From positions 1 through 64,000 of the IMG/VR virus record IMGVR_UViG_3300006155_000013: 64,000 bases of DNA, one strand, 5' to 3'. The notes below the pieces were generated by a model that was not told the DNA's origin, searched no databases, and worked only from the letters and a program-made list of their open reading frames with translations. The position numbers and the translations under genes were made by a program. The number at the start of each line of letters is the position of its first letter. Position 1 is the stretch's first letter. This document shows, piece after piece, positions 8,544 to 18,241 of the stretch. The stretch comes from a virus. Taxonomy: Duplodnaviria; Caudoviricetes.

Positions 8544-8657
8544 ATGACCGATCTGTATTTCAAGATGAAGATCATCGCATGGGCCGCAAAGGTTCCCCTG
8601 GTTATAATCATCGCGGTTTGCTGCCTGATCGCGTTTATCATCGACAAACGACGGTAA
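8544..8657 (+). CDS. 37-aa single-pass membrane peptide (not in the ORF track)
   Basis: RBS GGGAGG-5nt-ATG; MTDLYFKMKIIAWAAKVPLVIIIAVCCLIAFIIDKRR. Confidence 0.6.
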   Translation: MTDLYFKMKIIAWAAKVPLVIIIAVCCLIAFIIDKRR

Positions 8658-8687
8658 AATCCGCTGCGGCGGTTTTATGCAAATTTT

Positions 8688-8716
8688 GACGGCCCGGCGT
8701 CGCAAAAATTCCGGGC
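8688..8716 (+). ncRNA. Putative H-type pseudoknot leader upstream of the scaffold gene (GP20-motif-like)
   Basis: GACG/CGTC stem whose loop GCCCGG is complementary to CCGGGC just before the RBS. Confidence 0.5.
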
Positions 8717-8729
8717 AAAGGGAGGTATC

Positions 8730-9374
8730 ATGACACGCGAGTTTCTGAAAAACCTCGGTCTGGAGGACTCCGTCATTGACAAGATTCTGGCTGAGAACAC
8801 CCAGGACGTCAACCAGGAGAAGGCCCAGACCACCACCGCCCAGACCGCTCTGGCGGACACCCAAGGCAAGCTCACCGCCGCGAGCGAGGAGCTGGAGAAG
8901 CTGAAAAATGCCGGCGGCGATGGCGATGCAGCTGGTATCAAGAAGCAGCTCTCCGAGCTCCAGGAGAAGTACAAGACCGACATTGCTGAGCGCGACGCCA
9001 AACTGGCGGACCGGGACTACTCCGACGCCATCACCCGGGCCATCTCCGGCAGGGCGCTGAAATTCTCCAGCAAGGCGGCGGAGCGGGATTTCATCGCCCG
9101 CGTCAAGGAGAAGAAGCTGGAGCTGACGGACGGGGAGCTCACGGGCCTGGACGACTTCATCAAGGCCCAGCGGGAGGCGGACCCGGACGCCTTTGCCCCC
9201 GACAAGGCGTCCCCGCGCTTCATCACCGGAGGCGGCGGCGGGCACGGCGCTCCCGGCGGTGGCGGGACGAAAACACCGGCGGAGCTGATGGCGGAGGCCA
9301 TCGGCAAGGCCAACGCGGAGAGCGGCAAAGCCGCCAATGACATCATTTCTGCTTATACAGGAGGGAAATCGTAA
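8730..9374 (+). CDS. Capsid scaffolding protein (GP20 family)
   Basis: MTREFLKNLGL start, coiled coil, position before capsid genes. Confidence 0.88.
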   Translation: MTREFLKNLGLEDSVIDKILAENTQDVNQEKAQTTTAQTALADTQGKLTAASEELEKLKNAGGDGDAAGIKKQLSELQEKYKTDIAERDAKLADRDYSDAITRAISGRALKFSSKAAERDFIARVKEKKLELTDGELTGLDDFIKAQREADPDAFAPDKASPRFITGGGGGHGAPGGGGTKTPAELMAEAIGKANAESGKAANDIISAYTGGKS

Positions 9375-9706
9375 TGGCACTTGAAGCGATGGGGTACAAA
9401 ACCAAAACCGTCAGCGCGGATGTGGAGATCCTCTACAACAGCGAGTTCGTGGGGGACGCCATAACGCTGGACGCCGCCTCCTTCACGGACGGCGTGTGCA
9501 AGGCCGGCACGCCGATGGCCGCAAAGGGGACCAAGGCTGCGGGGGCGGACGCGTTCGGCATCCTGCTCCACGACGTGGACCAGAAGCGCCCCCAGGGCAC
9601 GGTGGTCGTCGGCGGCTACATCAATACCGCTGCGGCGGAGGCCCACTCCGGCGTGACCATCAGCGAGGCGGTCAAGGCCGCGCTGAAGAACGTTGTATTT
9701 ATGTGA
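9374..9706 (+). CDS. Head decoration/capsid-associated protein
   Basis: 110 aa between scaffold and MCP; KAGTP and GILLHDV motifs. Confidence 0.7.
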   Translation: MALEAMGYKTKTVSADVEILYNSEFVGDAITLDAASFTDGVCKAGTPMAAKGTKAAGADAFGILLHDVDQKRPQGTVVVGGYINTAAAEAHSGVTISEAVKAALKNVVFM

Positions 9707-9722
9707 CGAGGAGGAAAAGAAC

Positions 9723-10955
9723 ATGAGGCTGACTGAAATCTACAGCGCAAAGGCGATCGCCATCCAGCAGACGGAGGCCGCCAGCAACCGGCAGGCGTAT
9801 TTCGGCGAGGGCCTGTTCCCGCCCAGGAAGAAGATGGGCCTGGACCTGAAGTGGATCAAGACCCACAAGGGCCTGCCCGTGTCCCTGGCGCCGTCCAACT
9901 TCGACGCGAAGTCCACCCTGCGCAGCCGGGAGGGCATCAAGATGGACGAGACCCAGATGGCCTTCTTCCGGGAGTCCATGCTGGTCAAGGAGGAGGACGA
10001 GCAGAACATCATGCGGGTGCGGGAGGCCAGCGACCCCTACGCCCTGGAGGTCCTGAACCATGTCTACGACGACACCAACACCCTGGTGGAGGGCGCGCGT
10101 GTCGTGGCGGAGCGGATGCGGATGCAGCTTCTCGCACCCGTGGATGACGGCTCCCCCCGGATCAACATCGAGGCAAACGGCGTCCAGTACTCCTACAACT
10201 ACGATGCCGGCGGCACCTACCAGAGCGGCCATTACCGGGCCCTGACCGGCACGGCCCAGTGGAGCGACCTCGCCAACAGCGACCCCCTGAGCGACGTGAT
10301 GAGCGCCCAGGACGCCGTGGAGGCCGAGACTGGCACCCGGCCCTCCATGCTGCTCCTGAGCAAGAAGACCATGGGCTACCTCAAGAAGAACGTGAAGGTC
10401 CGCTCCGCCATTCTCGCCCAGAACGTCACGGCCAACGTCCTGGTGACAGACGCCCGGGTGACGGAGCTCTTCAGCACGGAGCTGGGCATCCGCCTCGTTG
10501 TCTACACCAAGAAGTACAAGGACGAGACCGGTACGACCCACCAGTTCTATCCGGACGATATGGTCACCCTCCTGCCGGACGGCGCCCTGGGCAGTACCTG
10601 GTACGGCACCACGCCCGAGGAGCGCACTCTGCTGGGCAGCGGCAAGGCGGATGTGGCGATCGTGGACACCGGCATCGCCGTGGCGGTCAGCGTCACCATT
10701 GATCCCGTGAACACCAAGACCACAGTCTCCGAGATCGTGCTGCCCTCCTACGAGCGCATGGACGAGACCTTTGTGATCAAGGTCGCCGGCGACACATCTA
10801 CTGCCGCCCTGTCCGATGTTCCCAATGAGCAGGACGATCTCGACAGTATGACGAAGGACGAACTGCTCGCCTACGCCAACGCGCACAACATCAGCGGCGT
10901 CAGCGCCTCCATGAACAAGGCGGATATCCTGTCCGCGATCAAGGCCGCGAGCTGA
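9723..10955 (+). CDS. Major capsid protein (gpE-like) with fused C-terminal HeH/Rho-N-like domain
   Basis: GLFP..K..GLDLKWIK and EIVLPSYERMD motifs; tail LDSMTKDELLAYA..HNI...MNKADILSAI. Confidence 0.9.
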   Translation: MRLTEIYSAKAIAIQQTEAASNRQAYFGEGLFPPRKKMGLDLKWIKTHKGLPVSLAPSNFDAKSTLRSREGIKMDETQMAFFRESMLVKEEDEQNIMRVREASDPYALEVLNHVYDDTNTLVEGARVVAERMRMQLLAPVDDGSPRINIEANGVQYSYNYDAGGTYQSGHYRALTGTAQWSDLANSDPLSDVMSAQDAVEAETGTRPSMLLLSKKTMGYLKKNVKVRSAILAQNVTANVLVTDARVTELFSTELGIRLVVYTKKYKDETGTTHQFYPDDMVTLLPDGALGSTWYGTTPEERTLLGSGKADVAIVDTGIAVAVSVTIDPVNTKTTVSEIVLPSYERMDETFVIKVAGDTSTAALSDVPNEQDDLDSMTKDELLAYANAHNISGVSASMNKADILSAIKAAS

Positions 10956-10972
10956 GAAAGGAGGCCCGCCGG

Positions 10973-11395
10973 ATGGCTTACGCTGACTACGATTTTTACC
11001 TGAACGAGTACCTCGGGGACGCGATCACCGGGGAGGACTTCCCGCGGCTCTCCCAGCGGGCCTCCGACTACATCAGATCGGCCACCAAGGGCCTCTCCGA
11101 CAGGGCGGACGGCTTGCAGTTGGAGGCCGTGAAAAAGTGCGCCTGCGCCATTGCGGACATCCTGCTGGACGAGAGCATCATGACGGCAAGCGCGTTCAGC
11201 GGGGAGCAGGCGGTCTCCAGCGAGACGGTGGGGGGCTGGTCCAGGAGCTACCGCGCCCCTTCCGTCTCCTCCGCTGAGGTGTCATACCTCGCCGGGCGGA
11301 AGCGGGAGGCCCTGCTGCTGTACCTGGGGGAGCTCCCGGCCTTCGCCGGTATTTTCAAAGTGAGGTCGTACCCATGCCCGCACCGAAGAGGCTGA
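10973..11395 (+). CDS. Head-tail connector
   Basis: MAYADYDFY...SETVGGWSRSY pattern; position after MCP. Confidence 0.8.
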   Translation: MAYADYDFYLNEYLGDAITGEDFPRLSQRASDYIRSATKGLSDRADGLQLEAVKKCACAIADILLDESIMTASAFSGEQAVSSETVGGWSRSYRAPSVSSAEVSYLAGRKREALLLYLGELPAFAGIFKVRSYPCPHRRG

Positions 11396-11910
11396 GCCGC
11401 CCCCGGCGGCTGAACGCGTCCCCAGCGGCGGGGATGTTCCCCCACACGGTCACGCTTTACAACGTGGCCGTCAGGACCGGCAGGGGGACGGTCAGGAGCA
11501 CGGTGGAAAGCAGCGTCACCCTCCTGCGGGGCGTGTTCCTGGACGCCTCCAGGGGGGCGGACCCGGACCGGAACGGCCTGGAGGGCGCGGACGGGGCGGT
11601 CCTGTACGTGCCCTCCGGCGTGGAGGCCGTGGACGCGGTGACCGGGGAGCCGAAAGCGTACCTGCCGCCGGTGGAGTTCTGGAGCGCGGGAGATAAAAGC
11701 GGCTTTTGGACCCTGGCGGCCAGCAGCCGGAGCGCCCCCGGCAGGGGCTTTACCTTTTTCGTGAAGGGCCTTGCCCCTCCTCCGGAGGGTACGTCTCCGG
11801 AGGAGGTGCGGGGGCGGCTGGAGGCGCTGTACGACCAGGTGTACCACGTCTCCAGGATCAAAGAGCGGAATTTCGGAGGACTGGCCCACTGGGAGATCGG
11901 AGGGGTGTGA
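11374..11910 (+). CDS. Head closure/adaptor protein (likely start 11434)
   Basis: MFPHTVTLYN...HWEIGG; position. Confidence 0.7.
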   Translation: MPAPKRLSRPRRLNASPAAGMFPHTVTLYNVAVRTGRGTVRSTVESSVTLLRGVFLDASRGADPDRNGLEGADGAVLYVPSGVEAVDAVTGEPKAYLPPVEFWSAGDKSGFWTLAASSRSAPGRGFTFFVKGLAPPPEGTSPEEVRGRLEALYDQVYHVSRIKERNFGGLAHWEIGGV

Positions 11911-11911
11911 G

Positions 11912-12334
11912 ATGGCCGGTTTGACATTCAAAGTGGAAACAAGGGGCTTCGGAGATATCGCCCGGAGGATGGCCCAGGCCGCGCCTGGGGTGAAGCATAC
12001 CCTCGCGGTCCAGATGGCGAAGGACACGGAGCCGTATGTCCCCGCGCGGACGAAGTCCTTTGCCGGCCGGACGCAGGTGGACGGCGACACCATCATCTAC
12101 CCCGGCCCCTATGCCCGGTTCCTCTACAGGGGGAAGCTGATGATCGACCCCAGGACTGGCAGTCCCTTCGCGACAAAGGGGGCGACCAAGATCGTCACGG
12201 GCAGGGACCTGGATATCAGCACGGCGGTCCATAGCAAGGCCCAGGACCACTGGTTCGAGGCATCCAAGGCCCAGAACATGAGGAAATGGGAGCGCGTAGC
12301 AGGGAGGGCAATGCGGCATGAGTTCGGAAGATAG
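11912..12334 (+). CDS. Neck/tail completion protein (minor capsid 2-like)
   Basis: YVP.RT and YPGPYARFLY motifs; start at MAGLTF. Confidence 0.75.
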   Translation: MAGLTFKVETRGFGDIARRMAQAAPGVKHTLAVQMAKDTEPYVPARTKSFAGRTQVDGDTIIYPGPYARFLYRGKLMIDPRTGSPFATKGATKIVTGRDLDISTAVHSKAQDHWFEASKAQNMRKWERVAGRAMRHEFGR

Positions 12335-12794
12335 GACCATTGAATTTGTCTCCGCTTTTGAGGAGGCGGGAATCTCCAGAAACCTTTTGGATTGGCTGAA
12401 CAAGTGGCTGGAGGCGCAGGCGGACATCCCCTTTTCCATTGATTTCATTGACTATGAGTTCATGGAGGACGAGACGCCCGGCATGGCGATGTCCCTTGTC
12501 CAGAGCGCCTATATCGTAGAGCGGTTCATCAACGGGGCATACACAGCGGACTATCAGTTCAAGATCATCTACAGGACGGCTCCGGATACCCCGGAGGCCC
12601 GGCTGAGCGCGGACGAGCTCCTGGACGGGCTCGCACAGTGGGCCGCGGGGCAGAAGCCGGATATCGGCGACGGTCTGGAGGTCCAGGAGATCGAGCAGGT
12701 CACTCCCGCCGCCCTCTTCGCCCGGATGGCGGGGGGCTGGGAGGACCATCAAATATTCATGCGGATGACCTATCAGGTCCATCCCGGAAAGTGA
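12318..12794 (+). CDS. Tail terminator-like protein
   Basis: Directly before the tail tube; acidic 158 aa. Confidence 0.65.
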   Translation: MSSEDRTIEFVSAFEEAGISRNLLDWLNKWLEAQADIPFSIDFIDYEFMEDETPGMAMSLVQSAYIVERFINGAYTADYQFKIIYRTAPDTPEARLSADELLDGLAQWAAGQKPDIGDGLEVQEIEQVTPAALFARMAGGWEDHQIFMRMTYQVHPGK

Positions 12795-12801
12795 GGAAAC
12801 T

Positions 12802-13314
12802 ATGGCAGAAAAAAGAAGCGCGTTCCTTCTCTTCATCAACACGGCGAAGGGGACCGGCGCGGGAACCTACGCCCTGGTCGGCGACGGCGTCACGGAGCTG
12901 ACGATCTCCTACAACCCTCAGACCAGCACAGAGCAGTACATCCACCAGGACACGGCCACCACGGAAATGACCGGCTACCAGCCCAATGCCCCTGTTACCT
13001 CCCAGGTGGTCAAGGGGGACCAGGCCTTTGAATTCATCAACGATATGCGCAGGCGTCTCCCCATTGGCAGCGACGCCCATACGGATATCGTTATGGTGGA
13101 TGTCTTCGAGACCGCATCCTCCGGCAGCTACCCTGCTACGAGGCAGCCGGTCTCCATCCAGATCGACAGCTACGGCGGCGCGGCCTCTGACCCGCTCTCC
13201 ATCGGCTACACCATCAACTGGCGCGGAGCGGGGGAAGATGGGACTTTCAATCCTGAGACAAGGGTCTTCACCAAAGGTGCATCGGCAGCAGCCAACATGG
13301 AAGAGGAGGAATAA
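12802..13314 (+). CDS. Major tail tube protein
   Basis: Position, 170 aa, SYNPQT..EQYI pattern. Confidence 0.8.
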   Translation: MAEKRSAFLLFINTAKGTGAGTYALVGDGVTELTISYNPQTSTEQYIHQDTATTEMTGYQPNAPVTSQVVKGDQAFEFINDMRRRLPIGSDAHTDIVMVDVFETASSGSYPATRQPVSIQIDSYGGAASDPLSIGYTINWRGAGEDGTFNPETRVFTKGASAAANMEEEE

Positions 13315-13317
13315 GAG

Positions 13318-13755
13318 ATGGCAGGCATTCGCGTAAACACCGGGGTGAAGCGCATCGAAGTCAATGACGATGGCGATTACATCACCCTGAGCCTGAGCGA
13401 CAACGACTTTCTCAACCGGTTTTTCGCCCTGTATGAAAATTCACAGAAGATGGCGAATGAGTTCTCTTCCAGCGAGGCGCAGATCAGGGAGAAATACCAA
13501 GGGGACGCAGAAACCAGCGCGGCTTGCTTGCGGGAAGTGCTCTCCATCTATACGGAGGCCGGAAAGAACATGATGTCTGAGGTTGACAATCTCTTTGGCG
13601 CGGGCACCTGCCAAAAGGTGTTCGGAGACATCACGCCCAGTTTTGAGCTTTACTATGATTTCTTCGAGCAGCTCACCCCGTACTTGCAGGAGTTTGCGAA
13701 GGAGAAGACCCAGCGCATGAGCAAGTACAGCGCCGCCCGCACCGGCAATGTATAA
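13318..13755 (+). CDS. Tail assembly chaperone
   Basis: Between tube and tape measure; IDNLFG.GT..KVFG pattern. Confidence 0.7.
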   Translation: MAGIRVNTGVKRIEVNDDGDYITLSLSDNDFLNRFFALYENSQKMANEFSSSEAQIREKYQGDAETSAACLREVLSIYTEAGKNMMSEVDNLFGAGTCQKVFGDITPSFELYYDFFEQLTPYLQEFAKEKTQRMSKYSAARTGNV

Positions 13756-14305
13756 CGCCATGCTGGACCGCCTGCCGGAGGACTACTGCGGCTGGCTCAT
13801 CCGCACGGACTACCGGATCGGGGTGCAGATTCAACTCTGCATCTCCGACCCGGAGCTCAGCGACAGCGAGAAGACCGGCACGGCGCTGTCCCTCCTGTAC
13901 GGCAACGGCATCCCCGATCTCCAGACCGCTCTGGAGGGCCTTTCCTGGTTCATGTCCTGCGGAAACGCCCCTGCCGCGTCCGGGGGAGACGATGAGCCGG
14001 AGGTGTTTTCCTTTGAATACGATTCTGCCCGCATCGTCTCCGCGTTTCGGAAGGTGTTCGGCATCGATATCAGCCGGTCAAAGCTCCACTGGTTCGAGTT
14101 TATGCCCATGCTGGGGGATTTGACGGATACGGCGTTTACAAACATCATCAACATTCGGACCACTTCGGCCTCTGAGGTTTCTTCACAAAAGCGGGCGGAA
14201 TTTATGCGCATGAAAAAGCGCTTTGCGCTCCCGAACCAGTACACCCAGGAGGAGCTGGAGACCATCAACGGCATCCTGGAGAAGGTGCGCGGTCCGGCTA
14301 CATGA
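13748..14305 (+). CDS. A118 Gp15-like tail assembly protein
   Basis: IRTDYR, FSFEYD...F...GID and LHWFEF motifs. Confidence 0.8.
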   Translation: MYNAMLDRLPEDYCGWLIRTDYRIGVQIQLCISDPELSDSEKTGTALSLLYGNGIPDLQTALEGLSWFMSCGNAPAASGGDDEPEVFSFEYDSARIVSAFRKVFGIDISRSKLHWFEFMPMLGDLTDTAFTNIINIRTTSASEVSSQKRAEFMRMKKRFALPNQYTQEELETINGILEKVRGPAT

Positions 14306-14330
14306 CCACCGGAGGAGGTGAAATCATCCA

Positions 14331-17300
14331 ATGTTCGGATATGACGGTTCTGTCCGTATCAAGGCTGACCTGAACCACTCCGATTTCGACCGGGGCATTG
14401 CCCACATGACCAAATCGGTCAACAACTTTGGCGGGACCCTGAAAAAGGTTGCCGGTATCATCGGCACAGTGTTCGGCGTGGCGGCTCTGGTAAACTTTGG
14501 CAAGCAGGCTGTCAAGCTTGCCTCCGATATCCAGGAGGTCCAGAACGTCATTGATGTGACGTTCGGGAGCGGGGCGGCCAAAATCGAAGAATTTGCCCAG
14601 TCCGCCGCTGAGGCGTTCGGTCTGTCGGAGCTGTCCGCAAAGCAGTACGCCGGAACAATGGGGGCGATGCTCAAATCCTCCGGACTTGCCACCAGCGCGG
14701 CGCAGGATATGTCCATCGCGCTGTCCGGCTTGGCGGGGGACCTGGCATCGTTCTACAACCTGAACACCGATGAGGCGTTTGAGAAGATACGCTCCGGCAT
14801 CAGCGGCGAGACGGAACCTCTGAAACAGCTCGGCATCAACATGAGCGTGGCGAACCTGGAAGCCTACGCGCTCTCGAAGGGCATCACGAAGAGCTATAAG
14901 TCCATGTCCCAGGCGGAACAGGTGCTCCTTCGCTACAACTATCTGCTGAGCGTGACCACGGACGCCCAGGGGGATTTCGCCCGGACCTCCGGGAGCTTTG
15001 CCAACCAGATCCGTATCCTCCAACTCAATTTTGACCAACTGAAGATTGCCGTGGGCAACGCGCTGATCCCAATTGCTCAGGCGGTCTTGCCGGGGATCAA
15101 TGCCATTATCGCGGCGCTCACAAAACTCGCCAGGGTTTTCGCAAAAGTGACCAACCTTCTGTTTGGCAGGAATACAGAGGGCAAAACGGAGACCGGCGTC
15201 GCTTCGTCCGCGAGTTCTGCCGCAACAGCAACGGACAAACTGACGGAATCCACGGAGAACGCCGGGAGCGCGGCAAAAAAGGCGGCAAAGGACATGAAGG
15301 GCGTCCAGGCCGGATTTGACGAGCTCAATATCCTTGCAGGGAAAGCGGCCTCCAGCCTGGGAGACGCCGCAGGAGGGCTGGACCTCAGCAACACAGATGT
15401 GGAGCTTCCCGATGTGGACACAGAGGGAGAGATATTCAGTGATGTGGAGATCTCCCCGAAGCTCAAGGAGGACATAGAAGCCCTGCGGGACGCCCTGGAC
15501 CGTATCTGGGACGTGTTCAAAAAATCCTGGGAGCTCAATGGGCCGGAGGTCATAGACGCCGCCAAAAGGGCTTTAGAATCCATCTATGAACTGCTCAAGG
15601 CCATTGGACGGGCCTTTACGGAGGCGTGGACCGGCGGCGCGGGGCTGGAGTTCTTAAATGCAGTCTGGGATTTCCTGGAGATGATCCTGAACGTTATCGC
15701 AGATATCGCGGACGCCTGGAAGACGGCATTTGACAACGTCGGGACGGAATTTTTTGAATCGATCCTCTTCATGTTCACGGAGATCCTGAAACTGCTGACC
15801 AGCATCGGGGAGGCGTTCCGGGAGGCGTGGAACGACGGTTCCGGCGTGGAAATCTGTGAGACCATCCTCAAGATTTTCACCAACATCTATAACACCATCG
15901 GGACCATCGCCATGAAGCTCCGGGAGGCATGGGAGGCAAACGGGAACGGCGTCGCCATCTGGAACGCGATCCTGGACATCGTGCAGACAGTCCTCAGCTT
16001 CATAGAACGGCTTACGGCGTCAACGCTGGAGTGGGCGAAGGGGCTCAATTTCGAGCCGCTTATGGCTGCGTTCCGGGGCCTGCTGGAGGCTATCGAGCCC
16101 CTTGTGGCCGTGATAACAGACGGATTGGCATATGCCTATGAAAATGTGCTCCTGCCGTTCGGAAAATGGTTCTTGGAGGAGCTTGCCCCTGTTGGGATAG
16201 AATTGGTCACTGCGGCTATCGAAGCACTTACCGCAGTCCTGGAGGCAATCAAGCCCCTTGCAGAATGGCTGTGGGAGAACTTTTTACAGCCGATTTCAGA
16301 GTGGACCGGCGGTGTGATTGTCACTGTTCTGGAGGCCATCGCTGACGGCTTGCACGACATTGCATCCGTCATCAACGGGGAGCTCTCTCTTACCGATTTT
16401 ATTGCGCAGCTCACACCGCTGCAGACCCTTCTTCTGGGGATCGCTTCCGCTCTGGTCGCGGTCAAGGTGGCAGCCGCCGGTATGGCTCTGGTGGAAACGA
16501 TCAGAAAAATTGTTGAATATCTGACGAAATTGGACCTTCTTGATGCTCCGGGGATCATCGGGAAATTGGCACAGGTCTTCACGATTGCAAGCTCCTCAGC
16601 CTATACCTTTTCGGATGCAATGCAAATGGTGTTTGGACCTGGTTCTATCCTCGCAGGCATTGGCGCACTCGTTGGCGGCGCTGTAACAGCAATCACCAAT
16701 TTTATTTCCATGCTGAAAAACGGATTCAGTTGGGCAAATGAAGCGCTCATGCTTCTTGGCATTGCGATTTCCGCAGTTGGCGCAATTATCCTGGGCGCTC
16801 CCGCTCTTGTCGCAGGCGTGATTGCAGGAATTGTTGCGGCTGTAGCGACTATGGTCGTTGTGCTCAAAGATAATTGGGAGGAGGTCAAAAAGGCCGGAGC
16901 AGAGGCGTGGGAGAAAATCAAGGAGGCATGGAACGCGGCGGGAGAGTGGTTCAGTAAGAATGTGGCAGAGCCCATCGCGAAATTCTTCAAGGACGCATGG
17001 GAAAATGTCAAGCAATTTGCCGCAGATGCCTGGGAAGCTGTCCAAGATGCTTGGGATTCTGCAAGCGAGTGGTTCAACACCAACGTCGTTGAGCCCGTAG
17101 CCGAATTTTTCTCCGGCCTCTGGGAGGACGTCCAGCAGTTGGCCTCCGACGCCTGGGACGGCATTGTCTCCGTCTGGGAGACGGTTTCCGGGTGGTTCGA
17201 TGAAAACATCATCCAACCCGTGGCGGAGTTTTTCGGCGACCTGTGGGACGGCATCAAGGAAGGGGCAAGCGAACTTTGGGACAACGTGGTCTCCATCTGG

Positions 17301-17843
17301 GAGAAAGCCGGAGACTGGTTCAAAACCAATGTGGCGGACCCCATCGGCGCGGCCTTTGAGGCTGTCGGAGAATTCATCAAGGGTGTTTTCAACGGCATCA
17401 TCGGCACGGTCGAGGGCATGATAAACGGCGTGATCAAGGGCATCAACTGGCTCATTGAACAGCTCAACAAGATCAAGATCGACATCCCGGAGGGCGTACC
17501 GCTGGTTGGCGGGACGAAATTCGGCATCAACATCCAGAAGGTGTCCGACGTGAAGCTCCCCCGCCTCGCCAACGGCGCGGTGATCCCGCCAAACCAGCAG
17601 TTTGCGGCGGTCCTGGGCGACCAGCGCAGCGGCATGAACTTTGAAGCGCCGGCGGGCCTTGTCCGGCAGATGGTCACAGAGGGGATTCAGGCGGCAATGG
17701 CCCAGGGCGGCGGCTTTGGGCGCGGCGGCAACATGACCGTTGTCCTGGAAGTGGACAAGCGGGAGTGGGGCCGGGCAACGGTCAAATTCGGCGGCGCTGA
17801 ATATCAGCGCATCGGAACAAAACTGGTGGAGGCACGCACATGA
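14331..17843 (+). CDS. Tape measure protein, prophage A
   Basis: 1170 aa, helical, Trp-periodic repeats, C-terminal PRLANGAVI. Confidence 0.93.
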   Translation: MFGYDGSVRIKADLNHSDFDRGIAHMTKSVNNFGGTLKKVAGIIGTVFGVAALVNFGKQAVKLASDIQEVQNVIDVTFGSGAAKIEEFAQSAAEAFGLSELSAKQYAGTMGAMLKSSGLATSAAQDMSIALSGLAGDLASFYNLNTDEAFEKIRSGISGETEPLKQLGINMSVANLEAYALSKGITKSYKSMSQAEQVLLRYNYLLSVTTDAQGDFARTSGSFANQIRILQLNFDQLKIAVGNALIPIAQAVLPGINAIIAALTKLARVFAKVTNLLFGRNTEGKTETGVASSASSAATATDKLTESTENAGSAAKKAAKDMKGVQAGFDELNILAGKAASSLGDAAGGLDLSNTDVELPDVDTEGEIFSDVEISPKLKEDIEALRDALDRIWDVFKKSWELNGPEVIDAAKRALESIYELLKAIGRAFTEAWTGGAGLEFLNAVWDFLEMILNVIADIADAWKTAFDNVGTEFFESILFMFTEILKLLTSIGEAFREAWNDGSGVEICETILKIFTNIYNTIGTIAMKLREAWEANGNGVAIWNAILDIVQTVLSFIERLTASTLEWAKGLNFEPLMAAFRGLLEAIEPLVAVITDGLAYAYENVLLPFGKWFLEELAPVGIELVTAAIEALTAVLEAIKPLAEWLWENFLQPISEWTGGVIVTVLEAIADGLHDIASVINGELSLTDFIAQLTPLQTLLLGIASALVAVKVAAAGMALVETIRKIVEYLTKLDLLDAPGIIGKLAQVFTIASSSAYTFSDAMQMVFGPGSILAGIGALVGGAVTAITNFISMLKNGFSWANEALMLLGIAISAVGAIILGAPALVAGVIAGIVAAVATMVVVLKDNWEEVKKAGAEAWEKIKEAWNAAGEWFSKNVAEPIAKFFKDAWENVKQFAADAWEAVQDAWDSASEWFNTNVVEPVAEFFSGLWEDVQQLASDAWDGIVSVWETVSGWFDENIIQPVAEFFGDLWDGIKEGASELWDNVVSIWEKAGDWFKTNVADPIGAAFEAVGEFIKGVFNGIIGTVEGMINGVIKGINWLIEQLNKIKIDIPEGVPLVGGTKFGINIQKVSDVKLPRLANGAVIPPNQQFAAVLGDQRSGMNFEAPAGLVRQMVTEGIQAAMAQGGGFGRGGNMTVVLEVDKREWGRATVKFGGAEYQRIGTKLVEART

Positions 17844-18241
17844 GCACAAGTGTATTTGCCGTAGACGGCGTGGAATATCCCGGTGTGTTTGTAAAATCCC
17901 CCCTCCGCAGGTCCTTCAACGTCCTGGACGGAGAGAACGCGGGCCGGACGATGGACGGCAAAATGCAGAGGGATATCATCGGTACATATTACACGTACCA
18001 CATGGACCTCGATATGAGCAACAGCGACCCGGACGAATATGACGCCCTGTTTGAAGCGCTGTCCGCTCCCGTGGACAGCCACCAGATTACCGTGCCCTAC
18101 GGACAGTCTTCGATCACCTACGAGGCATATGTGGCGAACGGGGAGGATGAGCTGGAGCGCATTCACCGGGACGGCTCCAGAAAGTGGAACAACCTGTCCA
18201 TCAACTTCGTGGCGATGGACCCCAATAGGAGGGCGTCATGA
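17840..18241 (+). CDS. Distal tail (Dit-like) protein
   Basis: Immediately after TMP; AGRT.DG.M.RD motif. Confidence 0.7.
   Translation: MSTSVFAVDGVEYPGVFVKSPLRRSFNVLDGENAGRTMDGKMQRDIIGTYYTYHMDLDMSNSDPDEYDALFEALSAPVDSHQITVPYGQSSITYEAYVANGEDELERIHRDGSRKWNNLSINFVAMDPNRRAS

Noticed and set aside
13318-14305. Programmed frameshift between the two tail chaperones of prophage A
   Set aside because: No slippery heptamer near 13755; the second gene has its own ATG overlapping the first stop
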